Source of the DNA: an uncultured Bacteroidales bacterium
GTDB lineage: Bacteria > Bacteroidota > Bacteroidia > Bacteroidales > UBA10428
Reading direction: 5' to 3'
Length of the DNA stretch: 64,000 nucleotides
Assembly: GCA_963717995.1 (NCBI GenBank)
Contig: CAVQXX010000015.1
Span: forward strand, 1,841,857 to 1,905,856
Shown: positions 18,856-28,598 of the stretch, piece by piece
Layout of the letters: every line of letters begins with the position of its first letter
How positions within the stretch are numbered: position 1 is the stretch's first letter
Position numbers and translations under genes: made by a program
Notes under the pieces: generated by a model
Told to the model about the DNA's origin: nothing
Database searches by the model: none
The model's input: the letters and a program-made list of their open reading frames with translations, nothing else

Positions 18856-18896
18856 AAGACCTTCAGGGATTTAAAATACTGGAGGTCTTTTCTTTT
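18856..18896 (+). terminator. Rho-independent terminator after the M23 pair
   Basis: The stem AAGACCTTCAG / CTGGAGGTCTT has 11 bp with one G-U pair. It has a 12-nt loop and is followed by TTCTTTT. Confidence 0.75.
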
Positions 18897-18916
18897 GAAG
18901 CCCCTGGTTCCCCATG

Positions 18917-18964
18917 TCCCTAAACCCCAGGGCCCCTAAATCCCTAAACCCCTAAACCCCTAAT
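18917..18964. repeat. CCCCTAAA octamer array (6 units), the inverted partner of 18770-18807
   Basis: Units are tccctaaa, ccccaggg, cccctaaa, tccctaaa, cccctaaa, cccctaat. The reverse complement TTTAGGGG differs from the left unit CTTAGGGG at one position. Confidence 0.85.
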
Positions 18965-19017
18965 TTGCTATTTCAAAATTTATTTATACCTTAGAAAGTT
19001 CATTCTAACCACTTAAT

Positions 19018-19353
19018 ATGCCCTATAAAGAGAAAAAAGTTGAAAAACTCTATTATTCCATTGGCGAGGTGGCTGAGATGTTCCAGGTCAAACCTTCCCT
19101 TATCCGTTTCTGGGAAAAGGAGTTTGATATCATAAAACCAAAAAAAAACAAAAAAGGCAACCGCTTCTTCACCGTCCAGGATATTGACAATTTCCGGCTT
19201 ATTTTTCACCTTGTAAAGGAAAAGGGTCTAACCCTGCAAGGCGCCCGAAAAAAATTAAAGGAGAATAAGGAGGACACCACGAATAATTTTGAGGTGATCA
19301 AAACCCTTACTGAAATCAAATCACTTTTACTTGAAATCAAGGAATCTCTTTGA
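19018..19353 (+). CDS. MerR-family HTH transcriptional regulator (small)
   Basis: 'YYSIGEVAEMFQVKPSLIRFWEKEF' is a MerR-type HTH, and 'NRFFTVQDIDNFRLI' is the wing. Confidence 0.8.
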   Translation: MPYKEKKVEKLYYSIGEVAEMFQVKPSLIRFWEKEFDIIKPKKNKKGNRFFTVQDIDNFRLIFHLVKEKGLTLQGARKKLKENKEDTTNNFEVIKTLTEIKSLLLEIKESL

Positions 19354-19400
19354 TCCGACTTCACATAGTTGAATTCCATAGTTCTTTATCTAAATTGTAA

Positions 19401-20495
19401 ATGAATCTTGCTGAGATTATTTCGGTAATTGAATCCCATGCACCACTTGCACTGCAGGAAAGTTATGATAATACGGGACTGGCAACAGGTGATGCCGATA
19501 TGCAGGTGCGATCTGCCTTGTTATGCATTGATGTTACCGAGAGAATAATCGAAGAAGCGATTCAAATTGGAGCAAACCTGATCATATCCCATCATCCGGT
19601 ATTGTTCCATCCTCTTAAAAGACTAACCGGCTCGGCCGTGGATGAAAGAATAATCATTGCAGCCATCCGGAATAACATAGCGCTTTATAGTGCCCATACC
19701 AATCTCGATAGTATTCTTCCGGGTGTTAACCATAAGATTTGCGCCAAACTGAATATTCTTAACACGGAAATCCTTGTACCTAAAGAAGGAGTGCTTCGAA
19801 AACTGGTGACATTTGTTCCCACGGAACATGAGGAAACCGTCAGAAATGCCCTTTTCGACGCGGGTGCCGGCCATATCGGCCAATACGACCAGTGCAGTTT
19901 TAACGCAAGCGGCCAGGGTAGTTTCAGGGCATTGCGCGGAACACATCCCTATGCTGGAGAAATCGATAAATTCCACCTTGAAAAGGAAACAAGAATAGAA
20001 ACTGTATTCCCCGCTCATTTGCAAAAACAGATCATCCGGGCCCTGCTTTCTGCCCATCCCTATGAGGAAGCAGCATACGATATTTACAGGATTGAAAATG
20101 CATACGAGATGGCTGGCTCCGGGATGGTGGGTGAACTTGAACAACCCATGGCCGAAAATGATTTCTTTCAACATGTTAAAGAAGTTTTTCATTGTGGAAT
20201 TATCCGCTGCAGCCCGTTATTAAAGAAACCCGTTAAAAAGATAGCCCTGTGTGGGGGCAGCGGGGCTTTTCTGGCTGGCGCCGCAATAGCTTCCCATGCA
20301 GATGTATTCCTTACTGCTGATGTAAAATACCATCAGTTTTTTGAAGCTGATGGCAGGATCGTAATTGCCGATATCGGTCATTATGAAAGTGAGCAGTTCA
20401 CAATTGAGATTTTTTATGAGCTTCTTACGAAAAAAATTCCTAATTTTGCATTCCATTTTTCAAGAATCAATACCAATTGTATTACTTATCTTTAA
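19401..20495 (+). CDS. Nif3-like dinuclear metal centre protein (GTP cyclohydrolase 1 type 2 / NIF3 family)
   Basis: 'SYDNTGL', 'ISHHP', 'YSAHTNLD', a PII-like insert, and the C-terminal 'DIGHYESE'. Confidence 0.9.
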   Translation: MNLAEIISVIESHAPLALQESYDNTGLATGDADMQVRSALLCIDVTERIIEEAIQIGANLIISHHPVLFHPLKRLTGSAVDERIIIAAIRNNIALYSAHTNLDSILPGVNHKICAKLNILNTEILVPKEGVLRKLVTFVPTEHEETVRNALFDAGAGHIGQYDQCSFNASGQGSFRALRGTHPYAGEIDKFHLEKETRIETVFPAHLQKQIIRALLSAHPYEEAAYDIYRIENAYEMAGSGMVGELEQPMAENDFFQHVKEVFHCGIIRCSPLLKKPVKKIALCGGSGAFLAGAAIASHADVFLTADVKYHQFFEADGRIVIADIGHYESEQFTIEIFYELLTKKIPNFAFHFSRINTNCITYL

Positions 20496-20498
20496 GGT

Positions 20499-21269
20499 AT
20501 GGCAGAAGTTAAAAAACAATCAGCAGAAGTAGCAGAACTCACAGTAGAAGAAAAGCTCAGGGCCTTATACAAGCTTCAGAAAATCAATTCTGAAATTGAC
20601 AAGATCAGAACATTAAGGGGTGAATTGCCACTTGAGGTGCAGGATCTTGAAGATGAGATCGCCGGTCTGGAAACACGTATTGAAAAACTGCAGGAGGAAA
20701 TTAAGAGTTTTGATTCCGCCATGGCCAGTAAGAAAAATGATATGGTGAATTCCAAAGCCCTGATCAAGAAATATGAGGAACAGCAAAATAATGTCAGGAA
20801 TAACAGGGAATTTGATTCACTTTCAAAAGAAATTGAATATCAAACACTTGAAATCGAATTAAGCGAAAAAAGGATCAAGGAATTTTTAGGCCAGGCCAAG
20901 GAAAAGATCGAATATATTGAAGAATCAAAAAAGAACCTGGAAGAAAGAAAAAATGATCTTCAAATGAAGAAATCCGAACTGGAAGATATCACTTCGGACA
21001 CCCAGAAGGAAGAAGAAAACCTGTTGAAAAAAAGACAGGAATATGAACAGATCATTGAAGAACGGTTACTGACGGCTTACAAAAAAATCAGAAAGAACGC
21101 AAGGAACGGACTTGCCGTAGTTTCTGTAGAACGGGATGCCTGCGGTGGTTGCTTCAATCAGATACCGCCTCAGCGCCAGCTTGATATCCGGTCACGTAAA
21201 AAAATCATTGTTTGTGAATATTGCGGACGGATTCTCATCGATTTAGACCTTGTTGACGAAGAAAAATAA
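20499..21269 (+). CDS. Coiled-coil protein with a C4 zinc ribbon (COG1579-type), the usual NIF3 neighbour
   Basis: Long heptad-rich Glu/Lys sequence ending in 'CGGCFNQIPPQ...VCEYCGRIL' (CxxC...CxxC). Confidence 0.85.
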   Translation: MAEVKKQSAEVAELTVEEKLRALYKLQKINSEIDKIRTLRGELPLEVQDLEDEIAGLETRIEKLQEEIKSFDSAMASKKNDMVNSKALIKKYEEQQNNVRNNREFDSLSKEIEYQTLEIELSEKRIKEFLGQAKEKIEYIEESKKNLEERKNDLQMKKSELEDITSDTQKEEENLLKKRQEYEQIIEERLLTAYKKIRKNARNGLAVVSVERDACGGCFNQIPPQRQLDIRSRKKIIVCEYCGRILIDLDLVDEEK

Positions 21270-21386
21270 ACAGTAAAATCCTCTCTTTCAATATTCACGG
21301 GCCTTTCACTCATAATGGGAGATTTTTAACATTAAATCTTCCAAGTGAAACGTATTTTACTATCTTTGTTTAAACCCATTTGTAAG

Positions 21387-22169
21387 ATGGTAAGACGTTT
21401 CACGGCAGTGGTATTTATTCTTTGCATTGTTCTTACGGCAAATGCACAACAATGGAAATTAAAGCGGATTGAAGGCATTCTGGGCATTGGTACCACCAAT
21501 GTTTACAGTGATCTCGGCGGAAATCCCAATGCTTCAAGCATATTGTTTATTCAGGATATTACCTTTCAGAGCACCAGGCCGTCAATATATGGCGGACTTC
21601 GCTACCGTGTTGATCCCAGAAGTTCAGTAAAAGTCTCCTTCATCTACGGCTATAGCAAGACTGAAGATTTCGAGGGATCACGAAATGAGCTAAGAGGTTT
21701 CACTTCAATAACACAGCTTTTTGAATTCAGCGGTAATTATGAATTTTACTTTCTACCCGAACAGCGCCGCCTTCGTTCAGCCGCCATGTTCAACAGGAGA
21801 GGCATGATCAATGATTACTCGTCACTGGGTGCCTACGTATTTGTAGGTTTGGGAGCCACAATGTTTAAACCCCAACTTGAACTTGATGAAACCAGGCCCG
21901 GGGACGAATATAAAGATAACCTGGGCGTGACGATGGCCATCCCTGTCGGCATTGGATTAAAATATATTTTGAGCGATAAATGGATAATTGGTTATGAGAT
22001 AGGCTACCGCCAGACAATCTCCGATTTTCTGGATGGATTTAAATCGCCTTCTTCAAATCGCCCTGATGTATATTGGATATCTACGTTTAATCTTTCCTAC
22101 CGCATTGCCACCTCAAGGAGAGGATTACCCATTTTCATGGACAAGAATTGGAAACGCGCCAGATTCTGA
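21387..22169 (+). CDS. Outer-membrane beta-barrel protein (DUF6089-like)
   Basis: ATG 21387 gives MVRRFTAVVFILCIVLTANAQQ (signal peptide). The body shows alternating beta-strand patterns and 'PVGIGLKY'. It is a paralog of the disrupted gene downstream. The ORF-track GTG start at 21345 is less likely. Confidence 0.65.
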   Translation: MVRRFTAVVFILCIVLTANAQQWKLKRIEGILGIGTTNVYSDLGGNPNASSILFIQDITFQSTRPSIYGGLRYRVDPRSSVKVSFIYGYSKTEDFEGSRNELRGFTSITQLFEFSGNYEFYFLPEQRRLRSAAMFNRRGMINDYSSLGAYVFVGLGATMFKPQLELDETRPGDEYKDNLGVTMAIPVGIGLKYILSDKWIIGYEIGYRQTISDFLDGFKSPSSNRPDVYWISTFNLSYRIATSRRGLPIFMDKNWKRARF

Positions 22170-22282
22170 ACCCTTTCAAACTCCCGTATCTTTTGGATTT
22201 TTCTGTTTTTTTAATAATATTTATGATTATAAGCGCTAAAATTCTATTACTTTGCGTTTGTTTCCCATATACCATTTAATCA

Positions 22283-22955
22283 ATGTTTAAGTACCTGCTG
22301 GTTTCTTTTACAGGCGTCCTGCTGATCGGCTCTTTTTCCGTATTTTCACAACGGGCTGCCAATGTTGGTATCTTCGCAGGAACTGCTTACTATATGGGCG
22401 ACATCAATCCGAACCGCCATTTTTACAACCCATCCTTTTCGATGGGTGCCTTTTACCGTTACAATATCAATACGCGTGTTGCCGTTCGGGTGAATGGTTT
22501 TTATGCCAGTCTTTCAGGAAGTGATCTCGATTTCCCGGATCAGCTGCATCCCGACAGACCCATAAGTCCTGCCTTATTTAATACATCACTTCTGGATGTG
22601 GGTTTGCAGGTGGAATACAATTTCATGCCTTACACACCCAATGTGGCCGACCATGCCTATACACCGTATATTTCCACCGGAATTGCCAGGTGCCCTGATC
22701 CTGAGCACTGACGTTACTGCAACTAACCTGCTTAATTTTCCTTTTGGCATTGGGATTAAGATGAATGTTTCAAAAAAAATCACTGCAGGTGCTGAATGGT
22801 CATTCCGAAAATCCTTTAATGACCGGATCGATGGTCTCGAAAATCCTTCCGGAGTGCATTCGGTCATACACAATAATGACTGGTATTCCTTTATGGGTAT
22901 TTTTATTACCTATAAGTTTTTTAATTTTGCCGCTGAATGTCCGGCTTATAAATAA
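22283..22955 (+). pseudogene. DUF6089-like outer-membrane beta-barrel gene split by a +1 frameshift (ORFs 22283-22711 and 22596-22955)
   Basis: The frame-1 protein ends '...YISTGIA RCPDPEH*'. The next frame continues 'GALILSTDVTATNLLNFPFGIGIKMN...ITYKF'. Removing the A at about 22688 (gccAggt) restores 'TGIAGALIL'. Confidence 0.7.
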
Positions 22956-22960
22956 GAAAG

Positions 22961-23725
22961 ATGACCACAGTCCTAAAAGACAGGATAAATAAAGATAAAC
23001 TGCCCCGTCATATAGCCATCATTATGGATGGAAACGGGCGATGGGCACAAAAGCGGGGTAATCAGCGTATTTTCGGTCACAGGAATGCCATTGATGCGGT
23101 TAGGGATACTGTTGAAGCTGCTGCTGAATTGGGGGTTGAATACCTGACCATGTATGCTTTTTCAACAGAAAACTGGAAGAGGCCTAAAATGGAAATTGAT
23201 GCACTCATGTCCCTGCTCGTGTCTACAATCAATTCGGAAACAAAAACATTAACAACAAATAACGTTCGCCTGCTCACTATCGGAAATACAGCAAGTCTTC
23301 CCCAGGGTGTGCAGGAACAACTCCGGAATGCCCTGGAAACAACTGCAAACAATACGGGTTTGAAACTTGTCCTGGCATTAAGTTATGGAGCACGCTGGGA
23401 AATACTTCATGCTGTGAAAAAACTGGTATCTGACATTCAATCTGCCAGGCTCGAGCTAAAGGATATTGATCAGGCATTTGAAAAATATCTGGATACAGCC
23501 GGCATACCCGATCCTGAATTGTTGATAAGGACCAGCGGAGAATTCAGGATCAGTAACTTTCTGCTTTGGCAGATTGCCTACACCGAGCTCTATTTCACCG
23601 AAACTCTTTGGCCCGATTTCAGGAGAGAAAATCTCTACGAAGCCATTTTAAGTTTTCAATGCCGGGAAAGACGATTCGGTAAGACTGCCGACCAGATCAA
23701 CAATAATATCAATGTAAACAGATAA
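22961..23725 (+). CDS. uppS: Undecaprenyl-diphosphate synthase (isoprenyl transferase)
   Basis: 'HIAIIMDGNGRWA', 'GHRNA', 'LTMYAFSTENWKRP' and 'RTSGEFRISNFLLWQ'. Confidence 0.96.
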   Translation: MTTVLKDRINKDKLPRHIAIIMDGNGRWAQKRGNQRIFGHRNAIDAVRDTVEAAAELGVEYLTMYAFSTENWKRPKMEIDALMSLLVSTINSETKTLTTNNVRLLTIGNTASLPQGVQEQLRNALETTANNTGLKLVLALSYGARWEILHAVKKLVSDIQSARLELKDIDQAFEKYLDTAGIPDPELLIRTSGEFRISNFLLWQIAYTELYFTETLWPDFRRENLYEAILSFQCRERRFGKTADQINNNINVNR

Positions 23726-23731
23726 TCACGG

Positions 23732-26374
23732 ATGAAAAATACCCTTATAGCCTTTTTTCTCTTCTTTGTTACACTGCATCTTTCAGCACAATCTCCGGAT
23801 ACCCTTGTATCACGATACTTTGACTATGAAAAGCCCAGGGACTTTACTGTTGTGGATATCACCATTTCGGGTGTAAAATTTCTTCAGACCACTTATCTTG
23901 TCAATATTTCGGGAATTGCAATTGGTGATCAGATAACCATACCCGGGGAGAAAATTACTGCCGCCATTGACAAATTCTGGAGCCTGGGTTTGTTCTCCGA
24001 TGTAAAAATTTCAGCTACCAAAATTGAAGGAAGAGCTATATCACTCGACATTCATCTGACGGAGCGCCCAAGGTTATCGAGGGTTACGGTGCACGGACTC
24101 AATAAAAATGACACAAAAGATGTAACTGAAAAAATTAAACTTAAACCCGGAAATCAGATCACCGAAAATGTATTGAACAATACGGAAACAATCATAAAAA
24201 AGCACTTTCTGGATAAGGGATTTTTCAATTGCATGGTGGACATGGTTCAAAAGTCAGATACGACGCCAGGAAATAAAGTTTTTCTTGATATTACCGTTGA
24301 TAAAGGCAAAAAAGTCAAAATTCAGGATATTAATTTCATTGGAAACGATAATTTCAAGGATGCCCAGTTGCGGAAAACCCTTAAAAAGACCAAACAAAAG
24401 AGTCTGAATTTCTTTAAACCTTCCAAATATATTGATGCCCAATATAAAGAGGATAAAAAACACCTGATCGAGTTTTATAACAAGAACGGCTATCGTGATG
24501 CACGGATTGTAGCTGCAAAACTGGTACCCATCGATAAAAAAAGAATAGGTCTTGAGGTAACTGTTGAGGAAGGGATTAAATATTATGTCCGCAGTATTGT
24601 GTGGGTTGGAAATACCAAATACACCTCTGCTGCTCTTAACCGCGTTCTGAACATGAAGAAGGGTGATGTATATGACCAGTCACATATCGAAAAACGCCTT
24701 TCGACGGATGATGATGCAGTCACCTCACAGTATATGGATGAAGGATACCTGTTTTTTGGGGTAGATCCTGTTGAGGCTAATATAGAAGGAGATTCAATTG
24801 ACCTTGAAATGAGGATCTCTGAAGGAAGCCCGGCCACAATTAACCGCATTATTATCAAAGGTAATACAAAGACCAATGAGCATGTCATCCGGAGGGAAAT
24901 AAGGACGATACCCGGTGATCTCTTCAGTAAAACCAATATTGTACGTTCGGTGAGGGAACTCGCTGCCATGGGTCACTTTAATCCGGAAAACATCGCCCCG
25001 AATCCGATTCCAAATATGGCAGACGGAACGGTAGACATTGAATATTCACTGGAGGAAAGATCAAACGATCAGCTCGAAGTTTCCGGCGGATGGGGAGGAT
25101 ATGGATTTGTCGGGACCATTGGTCTGCGGTTTTCCAATTTTTCAGCCCGCAAGCTTCTTGATCTGAAAGCATGGAAGCCTGTACCAACAGGTGACGGACA
25201 AACTTTGTCAGTCCGTGCGCAGTCAAACGGCCGGTATTACCAGGCTTATAATCTCTCTTTTGTGGAACCCTGGTTTGGAGGCAAAAAACCCAATAGTTTT
25301 TCAACTTCATTCTATTATACCGTTACCAAGAGTTTTAGTAACAGGTCAATTTCCAGCGGACTTTCCCAGGATGCCTATTTCAAGGTTCTGGGTGCCTCAA
25401 TCGGCCTGGGTCGCCGTCTTAGCTGGCCCGATGACTACTTTGTACTGTATACGGCCGTGGGATTACAGAAATATTTTCTGAATCAATGGGGAAGTAATTT
25501 CATTATCAATGACGGGGTTTCCAACATCATTGACTTTAATATTTCCTTGTCAAGAAGTTCGCAGGATCAGATGATCTATCCGCGCAGGGGATCGGCATTC
25601 AGCCTGTCACTCAAAATCACCCCACCCTGGTCGCTGTTCAAGCCGGACAATTTCTGGAAATTATCCGATGCGGAAGAAATGGCCATCCGTGACGATATGG
25701 CAAATACATACCCCGGCCTCAGCGAAAATCAGTTGGACGCCTATACGGCAACAGAAATAGAAAACCAGGAAAACTCAAACAAATATAAATTTATTGAATA
25801 CCATAAATGGACTTTTAATTCTGCATGGTATACCAGTATCATAGGCAACCTGGTTCTTTCAGCCAGGTCAGAATTCGGTTATCTCGGATATTATAATGCA
25901 GATATCGGCACATCTCCGTTTGAAAAGTTCAACGTGGGTGGAAGCGGTATGATGGGATATAACTTATATGGTACAGATATCGTTGCACTCAGGGGTTATG
26001 CTGACGGTACACTGACTCCCCAGACCACAGTGAAAAGGAATGGAACAAATGTAAGGATCGATGATGGAAACGTGTATATTAAATATACCCTTGAAATGAG
26101 ATATCCCTTTTCGCTAAATCCATCTGCAACCATTTTTGGACTGGCATTCGTTGAAGGAGGTAACTGCTGGCAAAAGATCGATCAGTTTAATCCTTTTATG
26201 ATCAAACGATCAGCTGGTATCGGTTTAAGGGCATTCCTGCCGATGTTCGGAATGCTTGGAATTGACTGGGGATATGGCTTTGACCTGCCAAATGCAAGTG
26301 ATACACCACCTGATGAAATCAGGCGCGGACATCATGGAAGCGAGTTCCATTTTACCATGGGACAACAGTTTTAA
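23732..26374 (+). CDS. bamA: Outer membrane protein assembly factor BamA
   Basis: 880 aa with a signal peptide, repeated POTRA-like modules ('I..I.I.GN....'), and a C-terminal barrel ending in '...MGQQF' (terminal Phe). Conserved position after uppS. Confidence 0.93.
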   Translation: MKNTLIAFFLFFVTLHLSAQSPDTLVSRYFDYEKPRDFTVVDITISGVKFLQTTYLVNISGIAIGDQITIPGEKITAAIDKFWSLGLFSDVKISATKIEGRAISLDIHLTERPRLSRVTVHGLNKNDTKDVTEKIKLKPGNQITENVLNNTETIIKKHFLDKGFFNCMVDMVQKSDTTPGNKVFLDITVDKGKKVKIQDINFIGNDNFKDAQLRKTLKKTKQKSLNFFKPSKYIDAQYKEDKKHLIEFYNKNGYRDARIVAAKLVPIDKKRIGLEVTVEEGIKYYVRSIVWVGNTKYTSAALNRVLNMKKGDVYDQSHIEKRLSTDDDAVTSQYMDEGYLFFGVDPVEANIEGDSIDLEMRISEGSPATINRIIIKGNTKTNEHVIRREIRTIPGDLFSKTNIVRSVRELAAMGHFNPENIAPNPIPNMADGTVDIEYSLEERSNDQLEVSGGWGGYGFVGTIGLRFSNFSARKLLDLKAWKPVPTGDGQTLSVRAQSNGRYYQAYNLSFVEPWFGGKKPNSFSTSFYYTVTKSFSNRSISSGLSQDAYFKVLGASIGLGRRLSWPDDYFVLYTAVGLQKYFLNQWGSNFIINDGVSNIIDFNISLSRSSQDQMIYPRRGSAFSLSLKITPPWSLFKPDNFWKLSDAEEMAIRDDMANTYPGLSENQLDAYTATEIENQENSNKYKFIEYHKWTFNSAWYTSIIGNLVLSARSEFGYLGYYNADIGTSPFEKFNVGGSGMMGYNLYGTDIVALRGYADGTLTPQTTVKRNGTNVRIDDGNVYIKYTLEMRYPFSLNPSATIFGLAFVEGGNCWQKIDQFNPFMIKRSAGIGLRAFLPMFGMLGIDWGYGFDLPNASDTPPDEIRRGHHGSEFHFTMGQQF

Positions 26375-26441
26375 ATAATTTGGTACTGATTTTGATATAA
26401 GAACTATAAAAGACCTTTGTTTCAATTTAAAAATAATTCTT

Positions 26442-26957
26442 ATGAAAAGAATTTTTATCATGCTTACCGGATTGTTACTCCCCTTTGGACTTGCAATCGC
26501 TCAAAAATATGCCCTGGTTGATACAGAGTATATTTTAAATCACATTCCCAACTATAAATCGGCCCAGACACAACTCGATAAATTCTCGGAAGACTGGCAA
26601 AAGGAAATCGAGGGAAAATATTCCGAAATCGATAAAATGTATAAGGATTACCAGGCTGAAAGGGTGCTGCTTTCTGAAGATATGCGCAAACAACGCGAAG
26701 ATATGATCGTCAATAAGGAGAAGGAAGCCAAGGAACTTCAAAAAAGTTATTTCGGACAGGATGGAGCCTTGTTTAAAAAAAGACAGGAACTCATTCAACC
26801 CATCCAGGATGATATTTATAAGGCAATAAAGGACCTCGCAACCGAGAACGGATATGCCGTTATTTTCGACAGTTCCAGCGGGGCCACAATGGTCTATACC
26901 AACCCCAGGTACGACATCAGCGATGAAGTACTTCAAAAATTAGGATATAAAAATTAA
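26442..26957 (+). CDS. OmpH/Skp-family periplasmic chaperone
   Basis: Signal peptide plus a coiled charged core of about 170 aa, immediately after bamA. Confidence 0.88.
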   Translation: MKRIFIMLTGLLLPFGLAIAQKYALVDTEYILNHIPNYKSAQTQLDKFSEDWQKEIEGKYSEIDKMYKDYQAERVLLSEDMRKQREDMIVNKEKEAKELQKSYFGQDGALFKKRQELIQPIQDDIYKAIKDLATENGYAVIFDSSSGATMVYTNPRYDISDEVLQKLGYKN

Positions 26958-26992
26958 ATGTTTATTTTTGTGCTGCTTAAAAAACTATTCTC

Positions 26993-27517
26993 ATGAAAAA
27001 ACTATTTGTATTGCTGTCATTTGTAGGTATTACTCTGTATGGAGGAAATATATTCGGTCAAACAACGTTGAAACTTGGACATATCAACAGCCAGGAACTA
27101 TTTATTTCAATGCCTGAAAGTGACAGTGCCCAGAAAAAACTGGAAAAGGCAAAAACTGTGATGCAAACAACCCTTGAAGAGCTTCAGGTGGAGTTTAACA
27201 AGAAATATGAAGATTTTAACAAAATGGCCCAGGAACCTAACACCAGTGAATTGATCCTTAAAACCAAGGAAGATGAACTGCGGTCACTACAGGAAAGAAT
27301 ACAGGTATTTCAGCAACAGGCAGAACAGGATCTTGGAAATCAGCGTGTTGCACTGTTTAAACCCATACAGGATAAGGCCGTTAAGGCTGTTAATGATGTA
27401 GCTGCGGAGAACGGATTCACCTATATCTTCGACACTGCCGGTGGTGCCCTGGTATATACTTCTCCTGAATCGCAGGATATCCTTGCACTGGTTAAAGCCA
27501 AACTTGGTTTAAAGTAA
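26993..27517 (+). CDS. OmpH/Skp-family periplasmic chaperone, second copy
   Basis: The architecture matches 26442-26957. Confidence 0.88.
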   Translation: MKKLFVLLSFVGITLYGGNIFGQTTLKLGHINSQELFISMPESDSAQKKLEKAKTVMQTTLEELQVEFNKKYEDFNKMAQEPNTSELILKTKEDELRSLQERIQVFQQQAEQDLGNQRVALFKPIQDKAVKAVNDVAAENGFTYIFDTAGGALVYTSPESQDILALVKAKLGLK

Positions 27518-27540
27518 GATCCCGGTCAATAACGCAGTGA

Positions 27541-27580
27541 AAAGACCTGGCGGGGAAAATCCGGCAGGTCTTTTTATTTT
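27541..27580 (+). terminator. Rho-independent terminator after the uppS-bamA-skp-skp unit
   Basis: The stem AAAGACCTGGCGG / CCGGCAGGTCTTT pairs at 12 of 13 positions, with loop ggaaaat, and is followed by TTTTTATTTT. Confidence 0.8.
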
Positions 27581-27596
27581 ATGCCGATTTTCTGAT

Positions 27597-27604
27597 TATT
27601 TTTG
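27597..27604 (+). promoter_or_regulatory. Candidate -7 box TATTTTTG (TAnnTTTG) for murI
   Basis: Exact consensus match 24 nt upstream of ATG 27628, downstream of the preceding terminator. Confidence 0.35.
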
Positions 27605-27627
27605 AGCTGGCATATCCAAATAAAATC

Positions 27628-28440
27628 ATGCAAAATAATTCAGACAGGCCAGTTGGAGTTTTTGATTCCGGCGTAGGAGGATTAACCGTTGCCAACGCCA
27701 TCAGGCAGGTATTACCAGGCGAAAGGCTCATCTATTTTGGGGATACAGCCCATTTGCCCTACGGTGACAAATCAAGGGAAACCATTATTGACTACTCCAC
27801 CCGCATCACCCGGTTCCTCCTTGAACAGAACTGCAAGGTAATTGTAATAGCCTGTAATACGGCATCTGCCAATGCCTATGAGGCAATTGTGAAGGAAACC
27901 GGAAGCAGGGCGCTTGTGGTGGATGTGATCAATCCGGTAGTTGAACATGTGGCACTCCATTCGCCCTATAAGCATATAGGGGTTATTGGCACCAAGGGCA
28001 CCATCAACAGCGGTACCTACGTAAGTAAGATCATCGGAAAAAATCCCCATTTGTCTGTAGCTTCCCTGGCCACTCCCATGCTTGTACCAATGATCGAGGA
28101 AGGCTTTATTTTCGACGACATCAGTAATGCCATTATTCGCAGTTATCTGTCCAAACCTGAACTTGGGCATATAGATTCACTTATCCTGGGTTGTACCCAT
28201 TATCCCATCATAAAAAATCAAATCAGCAAGTACTATAATTTTGAAGTGGATGTAATCGATTCTTCACGGATCGTGGCAAATCACCTGAGAAACTTGCTGA
28301 TCGAAAATCAACAACTGAGTCAGCAGGCTAAACCTGAACACCGGTTCCTTGTTTCGGATTTCACCGATTATTTCCAGGTGATTTCTAAATTGTTCTTTGA
28401 GGAAAATATTAAACTGGAAAAGGTTAATCTCTGGAAATGA
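27628..28440 (+). CDS. murI: Glutamate racemase
   Basis: 'VGVFDSGVGGLTV', 'ACNTAS' and 'GCTHYP', which carry the two catalytic Cys motifs. Confidence 0.96.
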   Translation: MQNNSDRPVGVFDSGVGGLTVANAIRQVLPGERLIYFGDTAHLPYGDKSRETIIDYSTRITRFLLEQNCKVIVIACNTASANAYEAIVKETGSRALVVDVINPVVEHVALHSPYKHIGVIGTKGTINSGTYVSKIIGKNPHLSVASLATPMLVPMIEEGFIFDDISNAIIRSYLSKPELGHIDSLILGCTHYPIIKNQISKYYNFEVDVIDSSRIVANHLRNLLIENQQLSQQAKPEHRFLVSDFTDYFQVISKLFFEENIKLEKVNLWK

Positions 28441-28479
28441 TCCTGGATACTGAATGTTGGAAGAGAAATTATGAGATGA

Positions 28480-28529
28480 TGAATTATGAATTCTGAATGG
28501 GGGATCGCGAACTGCAAAACTGCAGAACT
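28480..28529. repeat. TGAATTN heptamers (x3) followed by ACTGCARA octamers (x2-3)
   Basis: Heptamers tgaatta, tgaattc, tgaatgg at 28480-28500. Octamers actgcaaa, actgcaga, act at 28511-28529. Confidence 0.7.
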
Positions 28530-28598
28530 TCTTTCATTGTTATTCCAGGCAACCAATAATTGCCGCCGCAAACCTTCCCCGGTGTTTACTGCTCGTCC

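Noticed and set aside
19623-20192. 189-aa ORF antisense to the NIF3-like gene
   Set aside because: It is a shadow ORF inside a well-supported CDS, with no motif support.
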